From an uncultured Acidobacteriota bacterium (GTDB lineage Bacteria > Acidobacteriota > Blastocatellia > RBC074): a stretch of 64,000 nt of DNA. The notes under the pieces were generated by a model. The model did not search any database, was not told the origin of the DNA, and worked only from the letters and a program-made list of their open reading frames with translations. Position numbers and translations under genes: made by a program. The DNA lies in the NCBI GenBank assembly GCA_963796275.1, contig CAWCKY010000007.1, positions 736,001 to 800,000 of the forward strand, read 5' to 3'. Positions 29,019 through 39,917 of this stretch are shown here, in pieces (the stretch's first letter is position 1; each line of letters opens with the position of its first letter).

Positions 29019-31007
29019 ATGGAAGAGATATTCGGCCGGAACGGTTCGATTGCACATCATCATCCCGATTACGAGTATCGCCCAGGTCAGGTGGCGATGG
29101 CTGAAGCCGTCGCCGAAGCGCTGGATAAGCGCCATCATCTGCTCGTGGAAGCCGGAACGGGTATCGGCAAGACGCTCGCCTATCTTGTCCCGGCGGTTGC
29201 AACCGGACGACGGGTAGTCATCTCGACGGGGACGAAGAACCTGCAGGAACAGATCTTCTACAAAGACATTCCTTTTCTGCAATCCGTCATACCGGGAAAG
29301 ATCAGGGCTACCTATTTAAAGGGCCGCTCCAACTATGTTTGCCTTCACCGTCTGAGACGCGCGGAGTCTACGCCGGTGCTCGATGGCCTCGATGAGATGG
29401 AGTATTTCAACCGGGTCAGCACCTGGTCATACGAGACGCAGACGGGCGACCGCGCAGAGCTGACCGAATTGCCCGAGAATGTTTCGTTCTGGCGCCATAT
29501 CGATGCGCGCTCGGATATCTGCATCGGCGCGAAATGTCCGAGCTTCGAGACTTGTTTTATCACCAGAGCGCGACAGAACGCGCTCGAATCAGAGATCATT
29601 ATAGTCAATCACCATCTCTTTTTCGCCGATCTCGCGCTACGCGATAAGGAATGGGGACAAGTGCTGCCCGATTACAGCGCGGTGATCTTCGACGAGGCCC
29701 ATCAGATAGAAGACATCGCCATGCAATATTTCGGCGCGGGCGTCTCCAATTATCAGATCGACGACCTGCTCGGCGACATCTCACGCCTCGAGATAAAAGA
29801 TGTCGATGCCGCTCGCGAGCTGACCAAGGCGGGGGGGCGCGTCTCGCGTATGGCGGATAATTTTTGGATGAACTTTACCGAGAGCGATCCGAGTTCTCCG
29901 ATCCCATCGCTCAATGGGGGTGGCCGGGTAGTCCTGCGGAGGCAGATGTTTCAGCCGATGAGCCGCGATGGCAGCCAGGTTAACACGGCCGCGGGGGAGC
30001 GTTACGTCAATTTAAACGCCGCGCTTGCGCGCCTCTTGGGCTCGTTGCAGGTAGTAAAAAGCGCGCCGCCGGAGATGGAGGCCATCCTGCGGCGAGTCGA
30101 GCAGTTGCGGTTCGACCTCGACTTCATTGTGCTGGGCGAGGATGCCGCGTTCGTTTATTGGTGCGAGCGGCGGGGCCGCGGGATTTTCCTGCAGGCTACC
30201 CCGATTGACGCATCGGGCATCTTGAACGATAGGCTTTTCAGCAAAGTCGAGACCGTCGTTTTGACATCGGCGACCCTGACGAGCTCGGGCTCATTCGATT
30301 TCATCAAGAACAGGCTGGGCATCGGAGAGGCGTCAGAGCTCAATGCGGAATCTAATTACGACTACATCAGACAGGCGCTGCTCTACCTTCCTCCTAAAAT
30401 GCCCGACCCGCGCGATGGATCATTTGCGCAGGCAGCCGGAGGGGAGATCGTCAAGCTGCTAAACGCCAGTCGCGGCCGCGCCTTCATATTGTGTACGAGC
30501 AACGCGCAGATGCAGACGCTCCGCGAGATGGTCGAAAGCAAGATCGATTTTCCGGTGTTGATGCAGGGAGAGGGCTCGCGTTCGGGACTACTTGAGAGAT
30601 TCCGCACGACTCCGAATGCCGTACTGTTCGCCACCGCGAGTTTTTGGCAGGGGGTTGACGTACGCGGCGAAGCATTATCGTGTGTGATCATCGACAAGCT
30701 GCCATTCGCGGTACCCTCCGATCCGGTCGTCGCCGCGCGGCAGCGTTACATCGACAACAACGGCGGAAACAGTTTCAGCGAATACTCGGTCCCGAGCGCG
30801 GTCATAACGCTCAAGCAGGGACTGGGCCGATTGATCCGCAGCGCGACAGATCGCGGTGTGCTCTCGATTCTCGATCCGCGCATCTTGACGAAGAGCTATG
30901 GGCAGAGCTTTTTAAAAAGCCTGCCGCCGTGCCGCATCAGTCGCAAGATAGAGGATGTCGAACGATTCTTCTCTGAATCGGGGCAATCGGGGCAATCGGA
31001 GCAATAA
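29019..31007 (+). CDS. ATP-dependent DNA helicase, DinG/YoaA family
   Basis: RPGQ, EAGTGIGKT, KGRSNYVC, Fe-S cysteines, DEAH, TSATL, FWQGVDV, DKLPF and QGLGRLIR motifs. Confidence 0.95.
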   Translation: MEEIFGRNGSIAHHHPDYEYRPGQVAMAEAVAEALDKRHHLLVEAGTGIGKTLAYLVPAVATGRRVVISTGTKNLQEQIFYKDIPFLQSVIPGKIRATYLKGRSNYVCLHRLRRAESTPVLDGLDEMEYFNRVSTWSYETQTGDRAELTELPENVSFWRHIDARSDICIGAKCPSFETCFITRARQNALESEIIIVNHHLFFADLALRDKEWGQVLPDYSAVIFDEAHQIEDIAMQYFGAGVSNYQIDDLLGDISRLEIKDVDAARELTKAGGRVSRMADNFWMNFTESDPSSPIPSLNGGGRVVLRRQMFQPMSRDGSQVNTAAGERYVNLNAALARLLGSLQVVKSAPPEMEAILRRVEQLRFDLDFIVLGEDAAFVYWCERRGRGIFLQATPIDASGILNDRLFSKVETVVLTSATLTSSGSFDFIKNRLGIGEASELNAESNYDYIRQALLYLPPKMPDPRDGSFAQAAGGEIVKLLNASRGRAFILCTSNAQMQTLREMVESKIDFPVLMQGEGSRSGLLERFRTTPNAVLFATASFWQGVDVRGEALSCVIIDKLPFAVPSDPVVAARQRYIDNNGGNSFSEYSVPSAVITLKQGLGRLIRSATDRGVLSILDPRILTKSYGQSFLKSLPPCRISRKIEDVERFFSESGQSGQSEQ

Positions 31008-31015
31008 GGACGAGC

Positions 31016-32482
31016 GTGATGGAAATAAAAATGGCAAAGAGACACATAAAAAGAAAAAATGCGGGATTGATTCGACTTTCCCCTTTTTTTGCCTTTTTGT
31101 TGATTTCTTGCTTTTTTTCTGTCGCACGGGCGGATTCGATTGAGACGGGTGAGCCACGGATAAATTGGGCTGAGGTTCAGACTGAAGCGATAAATCTATT
31201 CATCGAATACCTCAAGATCGATACGACCAACCCGCCGGGCAACGAGCTTCGAGCCGCGCGATTTTTCGGAGATATCTGCAAACGGGAAGGCATCGAGTTC
31301 CGGATATTCGAGCCGGTTCCCGGCCGCGGTACGATCTGGGCGAGACTGCGCGGTGACGGCAGCCTGAGGCCGGTAATTCTCCTCAACCATACGGACGTCG
31401 TGCCGCACAACCCGGAGTTCTGGAGCATCGGTGCGTTCAGCGGCGCGGTTAGGGACGGATATATCTACGGGCGCGGCGCGATGGACATGAAGTCGCTGGG
31501 AATGGCGCAATTCGTTACGCTGCTCACGCTCAAGCGCACAAAATTCCCGCTCAAACGGGACGTCATCTTTCTGGGGACTGCTGATGAGGAGGCGGGCGGT
31601 CTGCAGGGCGCAGGATGGTTCGCAAAGCACCATTCGAACTTGCTCGCCGAGGCGGAGTTCTTATTCAATGAGGGGGGCAGCAACAACGTCGACGCGATCG
31701 GAAATGTGCTCTCGATCGGAGTCGGCCCATCCGAGAAAACGCCCGCCTGGTTGCGGATGACGGCAACCGGCGAGGCTGGGCACGCCTCGGTGCCACGAGC
31801 GCAATCTGCGGTCAACCGGCTTCTGCGCGCGTTGAACCGCCTGCTCGATTATTCACCGCCGGTCAAAATTACTCCGGCCGTCGAGCAGGCATTCAAAGCG
31901 ATGTCGCCGTTAATCCCCTCGGAGCACGCGGCGAAATTTTCCGATATTCGGGCGGCGATCAAAGATCCCGAATTTCTCCGTCAACTCGAATCCGATCCGG
32001 GCACGCGCGCGCTGATTCGAAACACGATCTCCATCACCATGCTGCAGGGAAGCAATAAGATCAACGTCATCCCGCCGTCGGCTAGCGCGGAGATCGATAC
32101 TCGGCTCGTACCGGGAGAGAAGCTCGAGGATTGGATTGCCGAGTTGCAGGGCGTCATCAAGGACGACGGCATCAAGATCGATCCGATTCTCGCGTTCGAG
32201 GCGAACTCTTCGCCGATCGACTCTGCGCTCGTCAGGACGGTAGCTGCGGTCGCACAGAAGCGTTTTCCGAATGCGATCATCACGTATCCCGTGCTGGCAG
32301 GTTTCACCGACAGCCATTATTTCCGCGATCTGGGCGTGATGAGCTACGGGTTCTCACCCTTCGTGGCGCCGCCACGCGAATTGGGAGGAGGCTATCACGG
32401 CAATAACGAACGGATCGGGAAGAAAGTTTTCGCCGAGGGAGTGAGATTTTTTTATGAGGTGGTCGAGCAACTGGTCAAATGA
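31016..32482 (+). CDS. Exported M20/M25/M40 metallohydrolase
   Basis: HTDVV, YGRGAMDMK, ADEEAGG, NEGG, GFTD and YHGNNER motifs. Confidence 0.9.
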   Translation: MMEIKMAKRHIKRKNAGLIRLSPFFAFLLISCFFSVARADSIETGEPRINWAEVQTEAINLFIEYLKIDTTNPPGNELRAARFFGDICKREGIEFRIFEPVPGRGTIWARLRGDGSLRPVILLNHTDVVPHNPEFWSIGAFSGAVRDGYIYGRGAMDMKSLGMAQFVTLLTLKRTKFPLKRDVIFLGTADEEAGGLQGAGWFAKHHSNLLAEAEFLFNEGGSNNVDAIGNVLSIGVGPSEKTPAWLRMTATGEAGHASVPRAQSAVNRLLRALNRLLDYSPPVKITPAVEQAFKAMSPLIPSEHAAKFSDIRAAIKDPEFLRQLESDPGTRALIRNTISITMLQGSNKINVIPPSASAEIDTRLVPGEKLEDWIAELQGVIKDDGIKIDPILAFEANSSPIDSALVRTVAAVAQKRFPNAIITYPVLAGFTDSHYFRDLGVMSYGFSPFVAPPRELGGGYHGNNERIGKKVFAEGVRFFYEVVEQLVK

Positions 32483-32886
32483 TGATGATGGCTTCCATTG
32501 AATTAACGAGACGAATACGCTGGTCGGACGCAGATTTCGCCGGGAGGCTGCATTTCCCCCGAATCTTCGAATATTTCGAAGAAGGCGAGGCGGAGTTGCT
32601 GCGCTCAATCGGGCTGCCTATGTTCTGGGAGACCGGCTATGATTTTCCGCGCAAACACGTCGAGGCGACTTTCCATCGGGTATTGGCCCTGGACGCTCAA
32701 TTCGTGATGCGGGTGACCGTAGGCAAACTGGGCAATACCTCGATTCGCTACGACTACCAAATCTTCGCGGATGAGGCCCGCTCGCTGCTGGCCCTCGAGG
32801 GCAATATGACAGTCGTCGTCGTCAAAGATGGCAGACCCGTCCCAATCCCCGATCATTTTCGCGCGGCCTTCATCAGCCCTAGCTGA
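32479..32886 (+). CDS. Acyl-CoA thioesterase (hot-dog, 4HBT/YbgC-like)
   Basis: RIRWSDADFAG.LHF...YFEEG, KLGNTS and RPVPIP motifs. Confidence 0.85.
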   Translation: MMMMASIELTRRIRWSDADFAGRLHFPRIFEYFEEGEAELLRSIGLPMFWETGYDFPRKHVEATFHRVLALDAQFVMRVTVGKLGNTSIRYDYQIFADEARSLLALEGNMTVVVVKDGRPVPIPDHFRAAFISPS

Positions 32887-32906
32887 AACTAATAACTTTG
32901 TGCTAA

Positions 32907-34593
<1,687 letters not shown>

Positions 34594-34596
34594 TTT

Positions 34597-35004
34597 ATGG
34601 CCGAAAAACTAAATCTAGAAGTAATCACTCCCGAAAAGCTGGCGCTGCGCGAAGCCGTTGATGAAGTAGTGGTGCCGGGGCTCGACGGAGAACTGGGCAT
34701 TTTACCCGAACATACTCCCGTCATCTCGCAATTGAAGACGGGCGTCCTCACTTATCGTCAGGGAAGTGAGAGCAGGCAGATGCACGTCAGCGGCGGTTTC
34801 GTAGAGGTGCTTCCCGATCGCGTGTCGGTACTTTCAGACATCGCCGAGCGGCCGGAAGAGATAGACCTGGAGCGGGCGAAACAAGCACGAGAGCGCGCCG
34901 AGAGGCAGTTGTCTTCGCGAAGCGAGGAGGTCGATTTCCACCAGGCCGAGCTCAAGCTCGAGCGGGCGCTGACCCGTATTCAACTGGCTGGCAGAGGTCG
35001 GTGA
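34597..35004 (+). CDS. atpC: F1 ATP synthase subunit epsilon
   Basis: LEVITPEK, GELGILPEH, VSGGFVEV and EEIDLERA motifs. Confidence 0.97.
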   Translation: MAEKLNLEVITPEKLALREAVDEVVVPGLDGELGILPEHTPVISQLKTGVLTYRQGSESRQMHVSGGFVEVLPDRVSVLSDIAERPEEIDLERAKQARERAERQLSSRSEEVDFHQAELKLERALTRIQLAGRGR

Positions 35005-35016
35005 TGAAATCGCCAT

Positions 35017-35493
35017 TCATTGACGACTGATCGTTATTCGCATGGTCGATCCATCCTTGCTCTGATAAATCGAAACCCAGAATTTTTCTTCCGAGATTAC
35101 CGTACGCGCATGTTTCGCTCCATTTTCGAGCTGCGTCACTTCGGCAGCCTCGCCTACCACGTCTTTCCAGGCCGGGGCATTTTTCGGATCCAGGAAAGAT
35201 AGCTGAATGGCCTTGACCTCGTCCTTTTCGTAATGCACCGTCATTGTATCTTCGCCGTTGAGATTGTAATCTTCCATATTCTCGCTCGTGGCTGCCGGCT
35301 TGCCCAATGCCGTGTGCACCTGCTCACGCGTTAACCCAAGTTTAACGCCCTTATATTCGCGCATCACTTTGACGGAAGCCGGCGGCGGATCCTGATTCGC
35401 TGACTGTAAGGTCCAATCTGACCGGACGCGCGCGCTGAGAGCAATGCTGGCTATGGGCACTAGAATGAGGACAACTTTGACCAATCGGTTCAT
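35017..35493 (-). CDS. Hypothetical exported protein
   Basis: Signal peptide from ATG 35493 with an AGGAGA SD; YKGVKLGLTREQVHTALGKP motif. Confidence 0.7.
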   Translation of the reverse strand: MNRLVKVVLILVPIASIALSARVRSDWTLQSANQDPPPASVKVMREYKGVKLGLTREQVHTALGKPAATSENMEDYNLNGEDTMTVHYEKDEVKAIQLSFLDPKNAPAWKDVVGEAAEVTQLENGAKHARTVISEEKFWVSIYQSKDGSTMRITISRQ

Positions 35494-35760
35494 GATTGTT
35501 CTCCTTTTCAAGAATTGCGTTGTGCCAAGCGTTTACCGGGCTTCTGACCTTTCAGAGCCGGCTGAGATAGTGCGATTGTAAATGCCCGCGAGTACCACGC
35601 CAGGGAATATGACTTGACACTCATTGTCAGAAGGGCATTATTGAACCCGATTGTGGCCGCATGATAGCATAGCCCCGCGTATTAAAAAATGAATATGTTC
35701 TTTTCTGCTAATCCATACATCGTCAGCCTACCAGTCTGACGGATATCATCTGACGGAGAA

Positions 35761-36522
35761 TTGCAATTGATAAATGCGCATTTCTTATTTTTATTTTTCT
35801 CACTGCTGCAGGAGCAGACTGCCGAACGTACAACCGGTCTGGTCGATCTGATTCTGCGCGCCAGTCCCATCGCTCAAATGGTGCTGGCGGTTCTTTTTCT
35901 CTTCTCGTTGGCATCCTGGGCGATCATCTTTGCGAAGGCCCGAGCGACAAAGAGGGCGGAGCGTAAATCTGCCCAGTTCCTCCAGGTCTTCGACCGCAGC
36001 AAGCGGTGGGCTGACTTGCGCGCAAAGACACAGACCCTGGATGGCAGCCCGCTGGCCGCAATTTTCCTGGCGGCGAGCGAAGAGCTGGAGAATCAGTCGC
36101 GGCTCAATCTTGATGCCGTGCTCCGCGTAATGCAGAGCACGGCGATCAGCGAAACGACCAAGCTCGAACAGAGCATGGGTTGGCTCGCATCTACGGCGAG
36201 CGCCGCGCCCTTCATCGGACTCTTCGGGACTGTGATCGGCATCATCATCGCTTTTCAGGGTTTGACCCAGGCGGCCACTGCCTCCATTCAGGCGGTCGCT
36301 CCCGGGATCGCCGAGGCCCTGGTTGCAACGGCGGCTGGTATTGCGGCGGCAGTGCCGGCAGTCCTCGGTTACAATCATTATCTCGGCCGCATCAAAATCC
36401 TGGCGTCTGAGATGGATAGCTTCTCGCTCCGATTACTGAACTTCATCGAGCGCGAGGCGACCGGGTATGCGCAGAACGAACGAGCGACCTATATGCAGAG
36501 TGAACGAGCGAAGGGTCTATAG
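35761..36522 (+). CDS. tolQ: MotA/TolQ/ExbB proton channel
   Basis: APFIGLFGTV.GII and VAPGIAEALVATAAG motifs; tol-pal synteny. Confidence 0.92.
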   Translation: MQLINAHFLFLFFSLLQEQTAERTTGLVDLILRASPIAQMVLAVLFLFSLASWAIIFAKARATKRAERKSAQFLQVFDRSKRWADLRAKTQTLDGSPLAAIFLAASEELENQSRLNLDAVLRVMQSTAISETTKLEQSMGWLASTASAAPFIGLFGTVIGIIIAFQGLTQAATASIQAVAPGIAEALVATAAGIAAAVPAVLGYNHYLGRIKILASEMDSFSLRLLNFIEREATGYAQNERATYMQSERAKGL

Positions 36523-36624
36523 AAAATATTTTCATTCTCCCGGTTTTCATTATTCATTTGCCATTGGATGCGCATTTCTTCGAGGGCAAATGAAAAAATG
36601 ACAACTGGAAAATGGAAAATCTTT
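36522..36624. repeat. Degenerate inverted heptamer hairpin (TTTCATT / AAATG(A/G)A)
   Basis: ttttcattctcccggttttcattattcatttgcc...ggcaaatgaaaaaatgacaactggaaaatggaaaat. Confidence 0.65.
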
Positions 36625-36660
36625 TACTTATCCTTGATCCTCATCACCACATTTGAGACT

Positions 36661-37089
36661 ATGGCTTTTACCGATAGAAATGGAAAGACGCAAACTGCGC
36701 TGGCAGAGATCAATGTAACGCCGTTGGTCGACGTGATGCTGGTCCTACTGGTGATCTTCATGATCACCGCCCCGATTCTTCAAACAGGAATCCAAGTTAA
36801 CCTGCCCAAGACCCGCGAAGCGCAGGCGAAGGAAGCCACGCCCCAGGCTCTCATTATTTCAGTCGATAAAGAAGGCGCGATTTATCTGAGCGGTAAAAAT
36901 GAGCGCCAGGCGATCAATATCAACGACCTGCCGGAAATCCTGAATGACCGGTTGGGCAGTTCGAATGACCGTCGCGTCTATCTCCGCGGCGACGGCGAAA
37001 CGCCGTATCGTGTCATTGCTTATGTGCTCGATCAGGCGAAGAGAGCGCAGGCAAATGTTAGCCTGGTTACAGAACCGACAAGGAGATAG
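36661..37089 (+). CDS. tolR: ExbD/TolR protein (start ATG 36661)
   Basis: EINVTPLVDVMLVLLVIFMITAP motif. Confidence 0.93.
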   Translation: MAFTDRNGKTQTALAEINVTPLVDVMLVLLVIFMITAPILQTGIQVNLPKTREAQAKEATPQALIISVDKEGAIYLSGKNERQAININDLPEILNDRLGSSNDRRVYLRGDGETPYRVIAYVLDQAKRAQANVSLVTEPTRR

Positions 37090-37100
37090 TTGACCAAGAA

Positions 37101-37916
37101 GTGAATCTCGATCAACGCTCGGGAGCGATTTTTTCAGTGGTTTTGCACGTGGCCTTGATGGCGACGTGTGTCTGGATGTTCCGGCAGCCGATCAGCACCA
37201 ATATCGTCGCGGCCGGAGAAGGCCAGAACGGCGGAGAGAGCGTGATCGAGGTCGGTGTGGTTGAAGCCGGCCAGCTCGGGTTGACCTTGCCTCGTTCGAT
37301 ATCCACCCTGGGTGAGGATGAAAACCCCGCCAACAATCTGATAGTCGAGCGGGAAATTCCGAAGCCCGAGATCGATGCGGAGCTGCTCCCATCCGATAAG
37401 CAGCCGCCGAAAACGAAAGAAAACAAGACGGACCGTCCAACGGCGAATCAGCCCGATCGGCTTGTGACAAAAGAGCCGATGAGCGGAAGATCGTCCAATA
37501 CGAATGTAGAGGTCGGCCGCACCTTCGGTTCTCAAACTCCGGCGATGAGGGCCGGCGTCGGCGTCGGGACCGGCGCGAATCTGGGGGCGACCGGTGTTCC
37601 TGGAGGTTCGGCGTACGGTCGTCTCATCCAGACGATATTGAGCAGTAACTATAATCCACAGACAATCAACGATGCCGCGGGAACGCAGTATGTCATAGTC
37701 CAACTCCGCATCGCGCGAAATGGGCGAATACTTTCGGTCGTCAATGGCCGAGTGAACCCGAGCCATATTACACAGCGCAGCTCGAACAATCTGATCAACT
37801 CGGCCGTGGAACGCGCGATCATCGCCTCGGCCGACAAGCTGCCGGCCTTTCCGAACGGGTTTTTGATGAGCTCTCAGGAGGCGGTCGCTGAGGTCTGGTT
37901 CCGCTATCCCAAATGA
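37101..37916 (+). CDS. TolA/TonB-like energy transducer
   Basis: TM helix with SVVLH, Pro/Lys/Gly linker and C-terminal TolA-like domain; lies between tolR and tolB. Confidence 0.8.
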   Translation: MNLDQRSGAIFSVVLHVALMATCVWMFRQPISTNIVAAGEGQNGGESVIEVGVVEAGQLGLTLPRSISTLGEDENPANNLIVEREIPKPEIDAELLPSDKQPPKTKENKTDRPTANQPDRLVTKEPMSGRSSNTNVEVGRTFGSQTPAMRAGVGVGTGANLGATGVPGGSAYGRLIQTILSSNYNPQTINDAAGTQYVIVQLRIARNGRILSVVNGRVNPSHITQRSSNNLINSAVERAIIASADKLPAFPNGFLMSSQEAVAEVWFRYPK

Positions 37917-38515
37917 GAACAAACGTCACAACTTATTATCTCGAAATGGCCGACCCGTCGATGTTGCGGCCATCTCGCGCGAGCGGTCAGGACCTTCGGG
38001 TGCGGCGGGCGGAAGTTCCGTGCCCTGAATTGAATCGATTCCTTTATACGGCAGTCGGAGGGGATTGGTACTGGATTGACCGGCTGAGCTGGACTTATGA
38101 CCAGTGGCTTTCGTATGTCAATCGACCAGAACTGGAAACGTGGATCGGTTATGTGGCGGGCACGCCAGCCGGCTATTACGAGCTCGAGCTTCAGACTGAA
38201 GGTAATGTAGAGATAGCTTATTTCGGGTTGTTGTCTCAGTTCAGCGGGCGCGGGATAGGCGGAGAATTATTAACCAGAGCGGTCGAACGCGCATGGTCGA
38301 TGCAGGCAATGCGGGTTTGGGTGCATACCTGTTCGCTGGACGGCCCCGCAGCGCTGGCAAATTACCAAACGAGAGGATTCACTCTCTACCGAGAAGAGGT
38401 TTCACAAGTGGATTTACCTGAAGAGGCGCCGGGACCCTGGTCCGGGGCTCGGAGGACAGGAGACAGAAGTCAGAAGAAGAACGAACTCCCATTCCGCAAT
38501 CCTTCTGACTCATGA
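37913..38515 (+). CDS. GNAT family N-acetyltransferase
   Basis: YFGLL.QFSGRGIGG and VWVHTCSLD.P.ALANYQ.RGF motifs; ATGA overlap with the upstream gene. Confidence 0.88.
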   Translation: MRTNVTTYYLEMADPSMLRPSRASGQDLRVRRAEVPCPELNRFLYTAVGGDWYWIDRLSWTYDQWLSYVNRPELETWIGYVAGTPAGYYELELQTEGNVEIAYFGLLSQFSGRGIGGELLTRAVERAWSMQAMRVWVHTCSLDGPAALANYQTRGFTLYREEVSQVDLPEEAPGPWSGARRTGDRSQKKNELPFRNPSDS

Positions 38516-38530
38516 CTTATGTCTTCTGTG
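38452..38530. repeat. Degenerate inverted heptamer hairpin (G(A/T)CAGAA / TTCTGAC)
   Basis: gacaggagacagaagtcagaag...cttctgactcatgacttatgtcttctg. Confidence 0.65.
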
Positions 38531-38548
38531 TATGCATAGGAGAATTGA

Positions 38549-39850
38549 ATGAGTAAATCGATGGCTAAAATTTTGCTTTGTTTTTTTATTATTATCGGCG
38601 CAATGCCGGTTTATATGATTGATGGTTCAGCGCAGCAGGCACAAGACGACTTGCGCCGACAGATTGGGACGATCATTGTCACGCCGGGAAACGGCCCAGC
38701 GCTTGCGGTCGCCGACTTTCAGCCGCGTTCGAGCGGGCTCGATAGCGAACTCGCGATTTTCAACGAGACCCTCTGGAATGATCTGCAATTCGCCGGCGTC
38801 GCGAATCTGGTCGGAAAGAGCCTCTATCCTAAAACCAAACTCGCCGATCCGGCGGCCCTGCGTTACGACGAATGGGTGAACGAGCCAGTCAAGACCGATT
38901 ACGTCGCTTTCGGGGGTGTCCTCGGCGCACAGGAAGCGCAAGGTTATTTCTTCGACGTGAAGACACAGCAGCGTCTTTTGATGTCGCAATTGAGCGGTAA
39001 GCCGCGCGACATGGCACATGAATTCGCCGATCAGATCGTCAAGCTCTTGACCGGTCAGGACGGCATCGCAACTTCGAAGATCGCATATATTCATAGCAAA
39101 GAAGTAAATATGATGGATTATGACGGGCATGATGCCCGGGCTCTGACGCGGGACGGCTCGATTGCGCTCTTTCCGGCGCTCTCGCTGGACGGCAAATGGC
39201 TGGCCTACGTTTCGTACCGGAGCGGAAATCCGAACATAGTAGTCCGAAGTGATGATGGGTTGATCATCGGCTCGACGCAGTTCAAAGGCACCACAACCTC
39301 GCCTGCCGTCTCGCCCGATGGTCGCATAGTTTTCGCTTCGAGCAAGGACGGCGATTCGATGGACCTCTATACTGCCAATAGAGACGGGTCGAACGCCCGC
39401 CGCCTCACCCGTACACGCAATGCGGTCAATATTTCGCCCCGCTGGAACCCTAAAACGGGGCGCGAGATCGCCTTCATCTCCGACCGCGGCGGATTACCGC
39501 AAATCTATTTGATCGGCGCCGACGGTACGAACGAAAGACCTCTTCTATCAATCGGAGGGCATATGGATTCCCCCGCATGGTCTCCGGATGGCCGTTTCAT
39601 CGCATTCACATGGGATGGCGGCGGAGGAGGGCCATACAACATATATCTATTGGATGTCGCATCGGGCCAGCTGCTTCAACTCACCCGCGAGTCTCGCAAT
39701 GAAAACCCCAGTTGGTCGCCTGACAGCCGTCACATCGCGTTCCAATCGAACCGGAGCGGACGTTGGGAGATCTGGGCGATGCACATCAACGGAAGTGGAC
39801 CGCGCCAGTTGACGCGCACCGGAGGGCGTTCTCCGTCGTGGTCAAAATGA
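38549..39850 (+). CDS. tolB: TolB beta-propeller protein
   Basis: Signal peptide; AHEFADQIV..LTG..GIATSKIAY and PD40 repeats (PAWSPDG, PSWSPD). Confidence 0.9.
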   Translation: MSKSMAKILLCFFIIIGAMPVYMIDGSAQQAQDDLRRQIGTIIVTPGNGPALAVADFQPRSSGLDSELAIFNETLWNDLQFAGVANLVGKSLYPKTKLADPAALRYDEWVNEPVKTDYVAFGGVLGAQEAQGYFFDVKTQQRLLMSQLSGKPRDMAHEFADQIVKLLTGQDGIATSKIAYIHSKEVNMMDYDGHDARALTRDGSIALFPALSLDGKWLAYVSYRSGNPNIVVRSDDGLIIGSTQFKGTTTSPAVSPDGRIVFASSKDGDSMDLYTANRDGSNARRLTRTRNAVNISPRWNPKTGREIAFISDRGGLPQIYLIGADGTNERPLLSIGGHMDSPAWSPDGRFIAFTWDGGGGGPYNIYLLDVASGQLLQLTRESRNENPSWSPDSRHIAFQSNRSGRWEIWAMHINGSGPRQLTRTGGRSPSWSK

Positions 39851-39917
39851 TTTACACCAATAATAACGACACCTAAGAGTTAACAAGAATTATTCATCTA
39901 AAGGAGATAGACAAATA

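Noticed and set aside
29019-31007. DinG as a type IV CRISPR or defence helicase
   Set aside because: Ordinary YoaA-type architecture among housekeeping genes, with no csf/cas neighbours.
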